Source: Paramoeba atlantica (Eukaryota > Protista > Discosea). From it: DNA of 64,000 bases. The stretch covers positions 1 to 64,000 of the forward strand of contig CDRNVI010000001.1 in NCBI GenBank assembly GCA_977017575.1, in the 5' to 3' direction. The position numbers and the translations under genes were made by a program. Positions within the stretch are counted from its first letter, which is position 1, and the number at the start of each line of letters is the position of its first letter. The notes beneath the pieces were generated by a model. The model did no database searches, was not told the origin of the DNA, and worked only from the letters and a program-made list of their open reading frames with translations. Shown here in pieces: positions 36,268-46,411 of this stretch.

Positions 36268-36922
36268 TTTTTTTTTTAAACGCGGCATTGCCTCTATATT
36301 TTTACCCAGTAGACGAACCAAGTAGGTCCATTGGGGGGGGTTATATGATTTGTAAACAAAGGGGGTTACATGATTTGTAAACAATTTTAGGCCTGCAAAC
36401 GTATATGTCACTGTCACTCTGTTAGCGGGGTTCCCCCCACCGGAACCCTCGACCAACCTGCCCGCACACACGTCACACAAAAGAAAACCTGTATAAAAAT
36501 GCCCGGACACATAGTAAATCATATATAGAAAAGAAATCATAATCAAACCTCACTTACAGAACTCGTACAAGGATAACGATAGCAATAGATGACCAGTCCA
36601 CTGCCACGCCCTTTACAAGCTCACACGAGCTACACAGGTTACGCTTTCAACCTCTGCCCATGCACCAACTTGGGAACTAGAAGTGTGGAGCAAGTAGGCG
36701 AGGTGTACGGCCGTGTCAACAGTGATGCGGTTAAAAAACATTAAGGCGTTAATCGTAGAATAAAGAAAGCTTTACTCATCTTTATCTCACATTGGGGAAC
36801 CTTGTTTTCGAAAAAAACAAGGCGTGAGGATAAAGCCTGTCAACCGATTAACATCCATAATCTTCCAAAAATTATAGGGACAACCTCCAAACCCCCGGAT
36901 CCCGTCCGCTCTTTTTTTTTTT
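36268..36922 (-). mobile_element. SINE-like family 3 with a CRE-type 3' tail and poly(A)
   Basis: 540-bp body plus about 110 nt matching the 3' ends of CRE A and CRE B (CCCCCCAATGGACCTACTT.GTTCGTCTA; GCAATGCCGCGTTT). Confidence 0.65.
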
Positions 36923-37672
36923 ATATTTGGTGATCCTGTCCCCTAGGGTTTTTCCTCAATATGACTGCCTACCTTATCAATATCTCTCTCAATCTTACCC
37001 TTACATCTCTCCACCTTCTCCAACTCAACCTCCTTCCCGCGACTGACAGCATCCGCCGGGTTCTCATCCGTGGATATGTACGCTGCCTTCACACAAGAAT
37101 TGTTCATCATAAATATTGTAACTAAGAAAGAAATGAACTAAATCCAAGAAGTATATTAATTCCCCTCTGCACTCTAACAAAAGATAAAACTCAAGCCTAT
37201 ATATAGTTCGTCAAATTCATCATCTTATAGTTCGTCAAATATGCATAAGGTATGACCGGTCATTAAACAAACGACACTATTCCACAAATCTCCTTCCCTC
37301 TCCAAGCTAGCGAACGGGTCTCGCGGGGAGTGGTTAGGGGGTCGGTGGGTGGGAAAACGTTTTCTGTCGCGAATAATCAAAAGAAGCTAAAAATGTCAAA
37401 ACGTATGATTACCACAATAAACTTCATAACGGCGGGGACCGCCCATTCGCTCGTTTTATAATATTCACCCAATCGCGCGTTGATTGAATTTAGCGGTGCC
37501 TACTCCGCCAAACTAAATCATATTGAATTTCCCATTGAAATCGCTCAGCGTTTCTGTTCTGCTCGGGCATCAAAGGAATCCAAATCTCGCCGTCTTCTGT
37601 CTCTGTCCAATATCATTTCAGCACTATCCTTTTGTTATAACAATTTCTTTTTTTTTTTACTTGTCCTTTTTC

Positions 37673-40438
37673 TTACATTCGGCTGTATGGATCTGCCGGA
37701 TTTTCACTCGAACATATGTATTGCGCCTGCACTGCTATGCCATTCTTTTTTAAAAATTCCAATAAGCGTCGGAGTTCTGCCGTGATTCCATCTGAGCTGG
37801 ATATCTTTCGATTAATAGCTGCAACGCGAGAAGTATTGTCCACATATAAATCGACGCATGTCTCCTTATGAAAATGATGACCATATTTCTCAAACGCGAG
37901 TCTAACCGCCCGAGCTTCGGCGCGGTTGACCTCGTACGTAAAGTCTTCAGGCCATCGTGCTCCAGAACATAGCATTTGGCCGTAATCTAGGTACAACACA
38001 GCTCCCCATCCTTTTGATGATGCATCGGTACACGATATGTGACGGTGTGGGACAGTATCGGGATGCGGAGGGGGGGAAACCGGGGATTTATATAGCAAAT
38101 CATCTCGCCAAGAGGATAGGGCTACTCGAACGGGCGTTGGTAATGGCACTGCATTTTCTGCGAGTTGTGGTTCTCGATTTAGCTTATTGATTCTGCGCCG
38201 AACGATTTTCAATTCTAAATGGTACTGTGGAATGTTAATACCCATAATAGCAGACGCGAAAATTAAGCGACCTACCCCTGCCTCGAGAGAGCCGTACGTA
38301 GCTTCGGCAAAGTCATCTGTTTTTAGCCTCTTAGTCAATTTCGGACCCAGGGCAACCTTCCCCTCCCGACGGTGATAATCAATACCATTGAAAGTGTAAT
38401 ACTGTTCTGGAGCAACGCCCTTATCCTTGAACTGTGCGTTGACTCTTTCCGCTCTGTCGTCAACGAAACGAGCATACTCTCTCGTATGTATGTCCTTCCC
38501 GGCGTACCGAATTCCATCAATGTAGACGTCGGGCTTACCGTAAGAAAAGGTAGTTTTCGTGTTGCAAAAAGCCCTGTCGCCCGCCAGCGTAGCAGTGAGC
38601 GTATGCATCAGTTCTGGCGCGCATCGACGCCCCATTGGCATCACTGTCAGCTCAAACAAATCCCCTCGTTGATCAGTAAAGCGAAATTTCTGACGACTCT
38701 CCACGGGTATCTCCACTTGCCAAAATCCGCAGGCCAGGTCCCGTTTTACCGCGCTCTCCTCCTTTGCTCGGTGAAGATAGTACGCCGCGTGCTTCACAGG
38801 TACATACGGGTCATATTCACCCTTGATCCGATCGTTGTCTTGCTTTGTCCACGCTATAAACCTCCTCCGTTCACCGGTCCCATCCTCTGTAGGCTCAATT
38901 ACTGTGAATGGTAACACCCAGTCCATTGTCGGGCGATCCCTTTTCGCCATGACACTCACCTTTGTGACGAAACCAGCATCGATGAGTTGCTTTACGTCAG
39001 ATTGGGGCAGGAAAGAACGGTAGACGGGCACCCGAGATGGTTGTTCTGGTAAACGTAGTAATGTAGCCCATGTCTCATCGAACCGTTCCTGTGTCGTCTC
39101 GTTCATCATGTTCCGTAAACTATGCACTTGCATGCGAGGAATCCCCTTCTTAATATGCAGCGGTATGTTGAAATCCTTCGGTGAAGCTACCTTTGAGGTG
39201 CGACGCGTACGTGTAATCGTATGGCGGACTTTTTCATGCGGAAATTCCTCAAGAAACTTGCGAAAAACATCTTCTGGACTCATAATACCTGTAGCTTGGA
39301 CGACGCTTTTTGGGTACCAAGCGCTAAGGCTGTAGTCACTGGATCCGCATTGTATCTTAGCAGGGACTCGAGTGATTGGTGTTTTGCTAACCTCTGAACG
39401 TCCTCGAGCGCTGCATTCCCTTTGACCACCTCGGCAAAGAGCTGGGTTATCGCTCCACGTTTTGCTGAATGAGTTCCGAACCCCTCCCCTAGTATGTGGC
39501 GGATTCTCCGATCCACGTTTGAGACTGATGTGCGAGACATCGGCTGAAACCTCCCGAGGTTTGATACGTATGCCGCCAGTAGATCTGTCCCCGGTCCTTC
39601 CACTACAGTATACATAGACGGGCGGTACGGATTGAACCGAGACGTCTTCGTTTGGCGTCCCCACCATATCACAATCCTTGTCGGCGTCAATTCGTGAAAC
39701 TTGTCCCTTGTTAATACGGAGGTTTCGGCCCATCGGCTGGCCGCCTTCCAGCAAAGCAGAACAGTATGTTTTTCGTCGTCCGGAAGGTGATTCCACAGTT
39801 GATGAAGCGTCTCCGGAGTCAACGGCGTCATTTGCCGAATCGGCTCGCTCGCCCCCTCCGACATCAGTGACTTCACGTAAAACCGAAGAGGGTTGGTGTC
39901 CTTTCCCAGATTCAGTATTGCAGCAAGACTTCTGGCGTACGTTAATTTTCCTTGGATACGTATCGGCAAACTTGCAATGAAAGTGACTGCGTGAATAGGT
40001 GTTACCTCTATTTCTTTCCAGTGGCAATATGCTGTCAGTCGTTCCCAAAGCCGTGCGCGAGCTGTCCACGTCGCCGTGCTCCACATCTCCCACATGGCGT
40101 CCAACGCAACTCGAATTTCCGGAGTTAGACACGCCACACCCAACAACAGCTTGATTAACTGGAACCGCACCGGAGAAGCAGCCTGCAGACTCAACGTGCC
40201 GCCGTATATACTCTCTGAGCTCACTGATCTCCCCTTTAAGCACTGCGCATCCCGAACATCTAAATTTTCCATTTCTACTCTCCTCCTCTTTGGGGCTTGC
40301 GATATTATAGACACAATTTTCCTTTTGAAGCAAATTTGTGAACTGGCCGTTTGGGTGGGAGATAGTCATAAACTCTTGCTGCCTGGAGCAGGGCCAGCCA
40401 CCCGCGCCCGAAAATCCTGCTGAAAGCGCTTCGGACAA
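37673..40438 (-). CDS. Pol (RT + DIRS-type RNase H), N-terminus overprinted on the YR
   Basis: RDLACGFWQ, MPMG, YIDG, TDASSKGWG, NRAEARA, YVDNTS, SENPADPYSR; 921 aa open. Confidence 0.88.
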   Translation of the reverse strand: MSEALSAGFSGAGGWPCSRQQEFMTISHPNGQFTNLLQKENCVYNIASPKEEESRNGKFRCSGCAVLKGEISELREYIRRHVESAGCFSGAVPVNQAVVGCGVSNSGNSSCVGRHVGDVEHGDVDSSRTALGTTDSILPLERNRGNTYSRSHFHCKFADTYPRKINVRQKSCCNTESGKGHQPSSVLREVTDVGGGERADSANDAVDSGDASSTVESPSGRRKTYCSALLEGGQPMGRNLRINKGQVSRIDADKDCDMVGTPNEDVSVQSVPPVYVYCSGRTGDRSTGGIRIKPREVSADVSHISLKRGSENPPHTRGGVRNSFSKTWSDNPALCRGGQRECSARGRSEVSKTPITRVPAKIQCGSSDYSLSAWYPKSVVQATGIMSPEDVFRKFLEEFPHEKVRHTITRTRRTSKVASPKDFNIPLHIKKGIPRMQVHSLRNMMNETTQERFDETWATLLRLPEQPSRVPVYRSFLPQSDVKQLIDAGFVTKVSVMAKRDRPTMDWVLPFTVIEPTEDGTGERRRFIAWTKQDNDRIKGEYDPYVPVKHAAYYLHRAKEESAVKRDLACGFWQVEIPVESRQKFRFTDQRGDLFELTVMPMGRRCAPELMHTLTATLAGDRAFCNTKTTFSYGKPDVYIDGIRYAGKDIHTREYARFVDDRAERVNAQFKDKGVAPEQYYTFNGIDYHRREGKVALGPKLTKRLKTDDFAEATYGSLEAGVGRLIFASAIMGINIPQYHLELKIVRRRINKLNREPQLAENAVPLPTPVRVALSSWRDDLLYKSPVSPPPHPDTVPHRHISCTDASSKGWGAVLYLDYGQMLCSGARWPEDFTYEVNRAEARAVRLAFEKYGHHFHKETCVDLYVDNTSRVAAINRKISSSDGITAELRRLLEFLKKNGIAVQAQYICSSENPADPYSRM
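39280..40314 (-). CDS. Tyrosine recombinase
   Basis: KAASRWAE, QTKT, THSAKRGA, AKHQS, LLRY. Confidence 0.9.
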   Translation of the reverse strand: MSIISQAPKRRRVEMENLDVRDAQCLKGRSVSSESIYGGTLSLQAASPVRFQLIKLLLGVACLTPEIRVALDAMWEMWSTATWTARARLWERLTAYCHWKEIEVTPIHAVTFIASLPIRIQGKLTYARSLAAILNLGKDTNPLRFYVKSLMSEGASEPIRQMTPLTPETLHQLWNHLPDDEKHTVLLCWKAASRWAETSVLTRDKFHELTPTRIVIWWGRQTKTSRFNPYRPSMYTVVEGPGTDLLAAYVSNLGRFQPMSRTSVSNVDRRIRHILGEGFGTHSAKRGAITQLFAEVVKGNAALEDVQRLAKHQSLESLLRYNADPVTTALALGTQKASSKLQVL

Positions 40439-42661
40439 TTACGCCACATGTGGTCCGGGGATCTGCATCCAAAGCATAGAAAAGTCCGTCGTTGGGGGAA
40501 ACCAGTCGGCCGTGTCTGTCCAGGCGAGGGGCGCGTTGCCAATGCAGGAGGTGAACCGGCAAACGATTGATAACGGGCATATTGTTTCTGACGATCAGCT
40601 AACTGGTCACTCACATGATGGTAGAACTTGTCCTCCGGACGTACATCCTTCTCCAATTTCAGATGCACTAACTCCACATCGACACGGCGCGCGCGCCAAT
40701 ATGCGTCCCGCATGGTCTGTATAATTCCACGTCCCATCTCCAGATACACACCCTGGTTCCACTGCGGAGTAAGGCGCGCATAAATCAACCACTTGCAAAA
40801 CACTGTGTTGAAAATCCGTTCTTGCTGTTTCACGAAAGCTCGATCGTATATTTGACCTTGTTGATTACTAAAAACATACCCCCCATGCGCCCCTTCAACC
40901 CACCCCCCTCCCAGAGGAAAACCCCCTCGTATCACCGCCCCTTTGTGGCCGACGTCGCCCCCTTCACCCTGCGCCCTCCACTTCGTTGCTCCCTTCGCTC
41001 ACCCTGCCTCAACTCCCCCGCTCCTTCGCGGCCCTTTTTCGCCCCCCTCCGCGCCACGATCTCGGCCGCCCTCCCGCTCCGGTGCTCTCCTCGCCGCGCT
41101 CTCCCTCGCTGTTTTTTTTTGCTCCCTCCCGTGCCCCCCTCCGCGCTCCACGCAACGCTCTCCGTCGCCCTTCCCCTCTGGCGCTCTCCTCTCACGCTCT
41201 CCGCCGCTGTTTTTTTTTTCTTCGTTGCCTTCGTCCTCCCCTCGCCACCCCCTTGGTCGCCCTCTGTTGCCCCCTACGTCGCTCTGCCGCGCCGCTTTTC
41301 GCCCCCCACCCACTGCGCCGTCCCCCTCGCCGCCCATTCCCCCGCCCTCCCTGCTCCCACCTGCGCCACTCTTTCCCTTCATCCCCTCTGCCACCCCCTC
41401 ACGCTGCATCTCGAAGAATGGCGCCGCCCGGTACCGAATATAACAAGGTACTAAAAAACTAGGGTAGGCGTCATTCACGCTTTTTCTTTTCTTTTTTCTT
41501 TCTTTCTGCGGTTTGCAACTAGCCCATGATAACGGGGCTAGGGTAACAATTTGGAGAGATACGAGCTTGTTGAAGCTGAGATTTGGCCTGTTGAAGCTGA
41601 GGAGCCAGTCCGCTCGAGGGGATACCACCCTAGAAGACTTGGTCCGTTGAAGCTGAGGTGCTAAAACCGTTGAAGCTGAGAGTCGACACTCCCAAACTAT
41701 GCCAGCAAGAAGGCAAGGGGTCAAGGAGCACTGCTTTTGGCAGTGTCGGGGTGTGGCGAACCCCACCCTCCTAGCTAATCCAGCTTCCCGCAGCGGACTT
41801 TCAGTCTGCGCGTTAGCTGGATCGGCTTGCATTGGCTCTGTGCTGCGCTCCTTTTAGGTCTGCGCATGGGTCGTGCGGGTCGGAGCTACCTTCGGCTCTC
41901 TCCGAGGAGGCAACACCCCGTCTACGGGGTTTTTACCTGATACATAACATAACATAACATATTTGATTTATACGCAATTCAAATTCGGGCGCATCCCGAA
42001 GCTCCCTAATCAGGTCGCGTGTTCGGAAACCATCATCGTCAACTGCATTTATCCATGGACCGAACGTAAGGGGCTCATAAGGATTCAGGGCGTTCGGGTC
42101 GACGAGCAATGGGGCTCCATCTGAGGGATTTTTTGATGTCGAAACGAGCGGTACACCAATAGATCGTCCTCCGGCCAAATCGTTACGATTCGAAAAAGCC
42201 TCGTCGTGTAGTGGGCCCGGCGGCCGACCAGATGTCGACTGTAGAGCCACTTGAGTCGGATTTGAACTACTCGTTGAAGGATTAGAACTACTCGCTGAAC
42301 TACTCTCTGGCGGAGAATCGTCAATAACTTGAACAGCGTAGTAATCAAGCTCGGGGTGCGGAAACGGATACTCCTTGCTGGGTTTATCCTCCCATACGGC
42401 CCATAATTCGAGGCCCTCCTTTCGAACCTTTCCAAACAAAGTCTGACGACCCGCCTCGCTGTCATCCTTGCGCCGAAACGTAGCCTCCACCTTCATTACG
42501 GGATGATTTCCTGGCTTTAACATAAGCTTTTCCCGTACTACCGTACATACTAAACTCAGTTCCTGTTGCGTCAGCGGCTCGGTAGGCTCGAGCGACTGCA
42601 CAGGAGAGGAACTTCGCGAAGAGCGTAACGCCCGTGTCGATGGTGCGTCGATAGTTGGCAT
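40366..42661 (-). pseudogene. Gag with a CCHC knuckle, interrupted by SINE-2
   Basis: CFGCRSPDHMWRNC; deleting 40867-41968 fuses ORFs 41933-42694 and 40366-40935 in frame (ELRINQQGQIY). Confidence 0.8.
40867..41962 (+). mobile_element. SINE-like family 2, about 1.1 kb, (AACAT)n tail
   Basis: 6-bp direct repeat TTGATT (40861-40866, 41963-41968); a second copy is inverted at 50217-56058. Confidence 0.8.
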
Positions 42662-43990
42662 GAAAAAAAAACATTTTCTGTCGCGAATAGTCAAAAGAAG
42701 CTAAAAATGTCAAAACGTATGATTACCACAATAAACTTCATAACGTATTTACACAAGGGGGGTACATGGGGGGTGTAGAAAACGAATGTCAATATTATAT
42801 TCGACCAATTCTCTCCGTAAACTATAAATACCTTTCTCCTCTGTCAGTCGCAGGACCTCGCGCAATTCCATTGAAACCCCCTCTGACTTGGAGATCCTCC
42901 TGTTCAGTGCAGCCTGACAGGAGGTGTTATCAACGAAAACATCCAAGCAGGTTCCACGGGGGCAATGCGCGGAAAACTTCTCGAGGGCTAGGCGGACTGC
43001 TGCAGCTTCCGCACGATTCACCTCATACGAGGAGGACTCAGGCCACGCCTCTCCCGTAATCAAAACCTCTCCGCTGTCTAAATACATAATCGCTCCCCAC
43101 CCTTTCACCGAGGCATCGGTGTAGAGACGATGCTTGTGTGGAACAACATCGGGGTGGGGAGGTGGAGACCGTGGAACATTCTCCAACAACTCGTTTCTCC
43201 ACTCTGTTAGCATGGAGCGAGTGACGACAGGGAGTGCGACCGGACGGTCACATAACTTCGGGCAACGGTTCAACAAATTGATAAGCCGTTGCGCCACCTT
43301 CAGAGCGAAATAAAATCGCGGCATATTGAGCCGGAGAACTGCGGAGCCATAAATGAGGCGCCCCACCACCGCCTCTAGGTCAACAAAGGAAATGTTGAAG
43401 AAAGAATCGGCTCGCAGTTTCCTGATCACTCGCGGTCCCAGGCAGACCGTATGCGCATTATGGTCGAACGACACCCCATTAAACACGTACTGTGCTACAG
43501 GGGCCTGACCCCGATCTTTGAAAAGACCGTTCGCCTTATCGCAACGCTCATCAATGAACTGAGCGTACGTGGTGGCCTCGGAGTTGGTTCCTGCAAACCG
43601 AACTCCGTCAACATAAACGTCGATAGCGCCTCGGTGAAACGAGTAGCGCTGAGAACAGACCGACGTCTCGCCAGCAATCGCGGCGGTAATCGTGTGCATA
43701 ACCTCCGGTGCACACCTATGGCCCATCGGGAGGACGTTCATCTCATACACGTCTCCACTGTTCGTTCTAAGGCGGAATTTGGGCCGCGCCCTCTTCGGGA
43801 TACCAATCTGGTAAAACCCGCATGTGAAGTCCCGCTTCACAGCCATCGGCTCGTGCGCCTTATGAAGGTACTTGGAGGGATGATATAAAGGGACCTGTGG
43901 TTCATATCCTTTAAGTCTATCATTATCGTCCCGTGTCCACGAAATAAACCTTCTGCGCTGATTGCCCTGATCATCGGTCTCCACAACCGT

Positions 43991-45013
43991 GAAGGGAATC
44001 ATGAACTGCATCGATGGGCGCTTTCTCAACTCCTGCGCCGGGACCTTGGAGATTATGCCTGCGTCCTCTAACAATCGGACGTCCGCCGCAGGCAACGAAC
44101 CTTTCACATTAGGTTCGGGGTACGGGGCTTTAGGTACCCATAATAGCTCGTTCACTACCTTGCGAAATCGAGTGGCTGCTGACATACTCATCCACTCCTT
44201 AACCTGATCCAAATAACAGGTATCGACTTCTTGACATGCAAAGGTAGGTGTGCGTCGTGTGCCTTGGCTAGCCGTGAAGAGCGGCGTGCACAAACAACGG
44301 AGTGCCTGCGAAGGTAAGGCACTTCCCCGAAGCACTTTGCCACGTGCTTCGAGGTTACAGCACTGGAAGACGTCAGGGCATTCGAGGAAGAGTCAGGGCA
44401 TTCGACTTTTGTCGGATGATGGGGCGTAGCGACCCCAGCTTCCCTTGCTAACTCACCCGGCGTCAGTACAACAAGACGCTAAATAACTAGGGTAAATAAC
44501 TAGTAGAGGGCTAGAAGGGAATCATGAACTGCATCGATGGGCGCTTTCTCAACTCCTGCGCCGGGACCTTGGAGATTATGCCTGCGTCCTCTAACAATCG
44601 GACGTCCGCCTCAGGCAACGAACCTTTCACATTAGGTTCGGGGTACGGGGCTTTAGGTACCCATAATAGCTCGTTCACTACCTTGCGAAATCGAGTGGCT
44701 GCTGACATACTCATCCACTCCTTAACCTGATCCAAATGGATAACAGGTATCGACTTCTTGACATGCAAAGGTAGGTGTGCGTCGTGTGCCTTGGCTAGCC
44801 GTGAAGAGCGGCGTGCACAAACAACGGAGTGCCTGCGAAGGTAAGGCACTTCCCCGAAGCACTTTGCCACGTGCTCCGAGGTTACAGCACTGGAAGACGT
44901 CAGGGCATTCGAGGAAGAGTCAGGGCATTCGACTTTTGTCGGATGATGGGGCGTAGCGACGCCAGCTTCCCTAGCTAACTCACCCGGCGTCGCACAACAA
45001 GACGCTACATACC
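43991..45013. repeat. 523-bp tandem duplication of the Pol N-terminus plus SINE-1 module 1
   Basis: 43991-44490 repeats at 44514-45013; the first copy has a 4-bp deletion. Confidence 0.85.
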
Positions 45014-45110
45014 ATAAAAGTAAAGGTCTTAATAAAAGTAAAGGTCTTAATAAAAGTAAAGGTCTTAATAAAAGTAAAGGTCTTAATAAAAACAAAGGTC
45101 TTAACAAAAG
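45014..45110. repeat. 18-bp minisatellite x5
   Basis: ATAAAAGTAAAGGTCTTA. Confidence 0.95.
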
Positions 45111-45216
45111 ATTTTATGACCGTTTCTTTTAAAGCGTTTTTGTATGATATAAACTGCGAATCCTCTTCAAACAATTCTTTTCGTAAACTATGAGACTTCC
45201 TATGGTCCTAATATTA

Positions 45217-46155
45217 TAAACCCCCGCTCACGAAAAGTGACCCCCCTCTTTTTTTTTCGTACAAATGTCCGTTTGAGCTGTTTTTTGTTGCATTTTGCAG
45301 ATCTCAACACAAGGACTTTGCGCGTGCAGAAATGAGACAAAAAGAAACGAATATGCACAATTTAGAGAAGAATTACCATTTTGTCACTTTTTCGCCCTTC
45401 AATCTTATACACTCCTTAAGTCGAGAATCAAAACTTGATACTGTTTTGTCGATCACTTTTTGAGTTAAAAAAGACCATGCTTTACGTACACATCGGATAA
45501 GTGAAGGTTTGTCCGATGGGGTTTGTTCGTCTACCGCCTCTTGGACCATAGACCAGACGTTTTCTATGGGGGAAAGGTCGGGCGAGTTGGGGGGCCAATT
45601 TCTTAGAACATCACTCATTCAATTCTCAATATACTCTTTGGAGGCACGGGCAGTATGTGCCGTTGCCCCATCCTGTTGAAATACACTATTAGGGGGGAAA
45701 TCTACCTGTTTTAATGTTTCTACGTACGTCTCACTTGTAATAGATGTGTCATTGTAGATGTCTCACTTGTAATAGATGGTCACAGGACTCAAAGTGTATT
45801 CCCCGCTAGATTTTTTTTCGTTCAGATATTTTTTGATTATCCTTCTAGAGACGTTAAAATCACGGGATAATTGTTTTATCGGAACACCTTCTGCCTGTCT
45901 CATCTTCAAAAGAACCTTACCACTATCCGTAAGCCCCCCTTTTGGGAGCCGATATGGTGATTTGGTCATTTTTGGAAAAAAAAAGTTGAAAAACCAATTA
46001 TGTTTTTTGACTAAATTTTAAAATTTTAAAATGAGCTAAAAACAGCGGGAACGTAAAGATCTCGAAATTTTGAACGAAAAAGTGATATGATCACCCACCG
46101 ACGCCCCCCTGTGCTAAAAATAAGGGGGGGTCACTTATTCGTGAGCGGGGGTTTA
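45217..46155 (-). mobile_element. Internally deleted Tc1-type element
   Basis: About 30-bp TIR TAAACCCCCGCTCACGAA(T)AAGTGACCCCCC with TA flanks; HTH fragment 45763-45969; FQQDGATAH...*...WPPNSPDLSPIENVW. Confidence 0.88.
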
Positions 46156-46411
46156 TATTCGAAAGGTAATATTGAAATTGTCCGGAAAATGGGTCTGTGC
46201 TGTTATAGAAATTTGAGATAGAACTACTGGGTAAGATTGAAGCTATGTATCAGAAGAAAATGAAAATATGTTTTCTTGTAGTATGAAATTCTAAGCCTAG
46301 GCAATGGCATTACGTATTAAAAATGTTACGTATGTGAAAGCATATTACAAACTCTATAATATAGTTTTCTTACCGTGTTTGTCAGATTTCTTGATTTTTT
46401 GTAACAGGCGC

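Larger units (their letters stand above)
37097..42825 (-). mobile_element. Near-complete TATE/VIPER-like YR retrotransposon A
   Basis: gag-YR-RT/RH order; 78-bp terminal repeat at 42668-42745 and 37354-37431; AA dinucleotide on both flanks. Confidence 0.88.
36943..44335 (-). pseudogene. YR-element B RT-RNase H, split by element A (parts 42826-44335 and 36943-37096)
   Basis: RDFTCGFYQI, LPMG, YVDG, YTDASVKGWG, FVDNTS; rejoining gives EKGI-CVKAAYISTDENPADAVSR. Confidence 0.87.

Noticed and set aside
40932-41832. Pro/Ser- and Gly/Arg-rich ORFs in several frames (also 50340-51042 and 55135-56192)
   Set aside because: Products of C/T versus G/A strand skew in SINE-2 and element C; no domain motifs
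6540-45621. Stop-codon reassignment (Blastocrithidia-like), suggested by single in-frame stops at 6540, 7764, 9298, 30349, 35675 and 45619
   Set aside because: The stops are of all three types, the TAG sits at a conserved Trp (TGG>TAG), Trp is TGG elsewhere, and intact ORFs end normally; ordinary decay explains them
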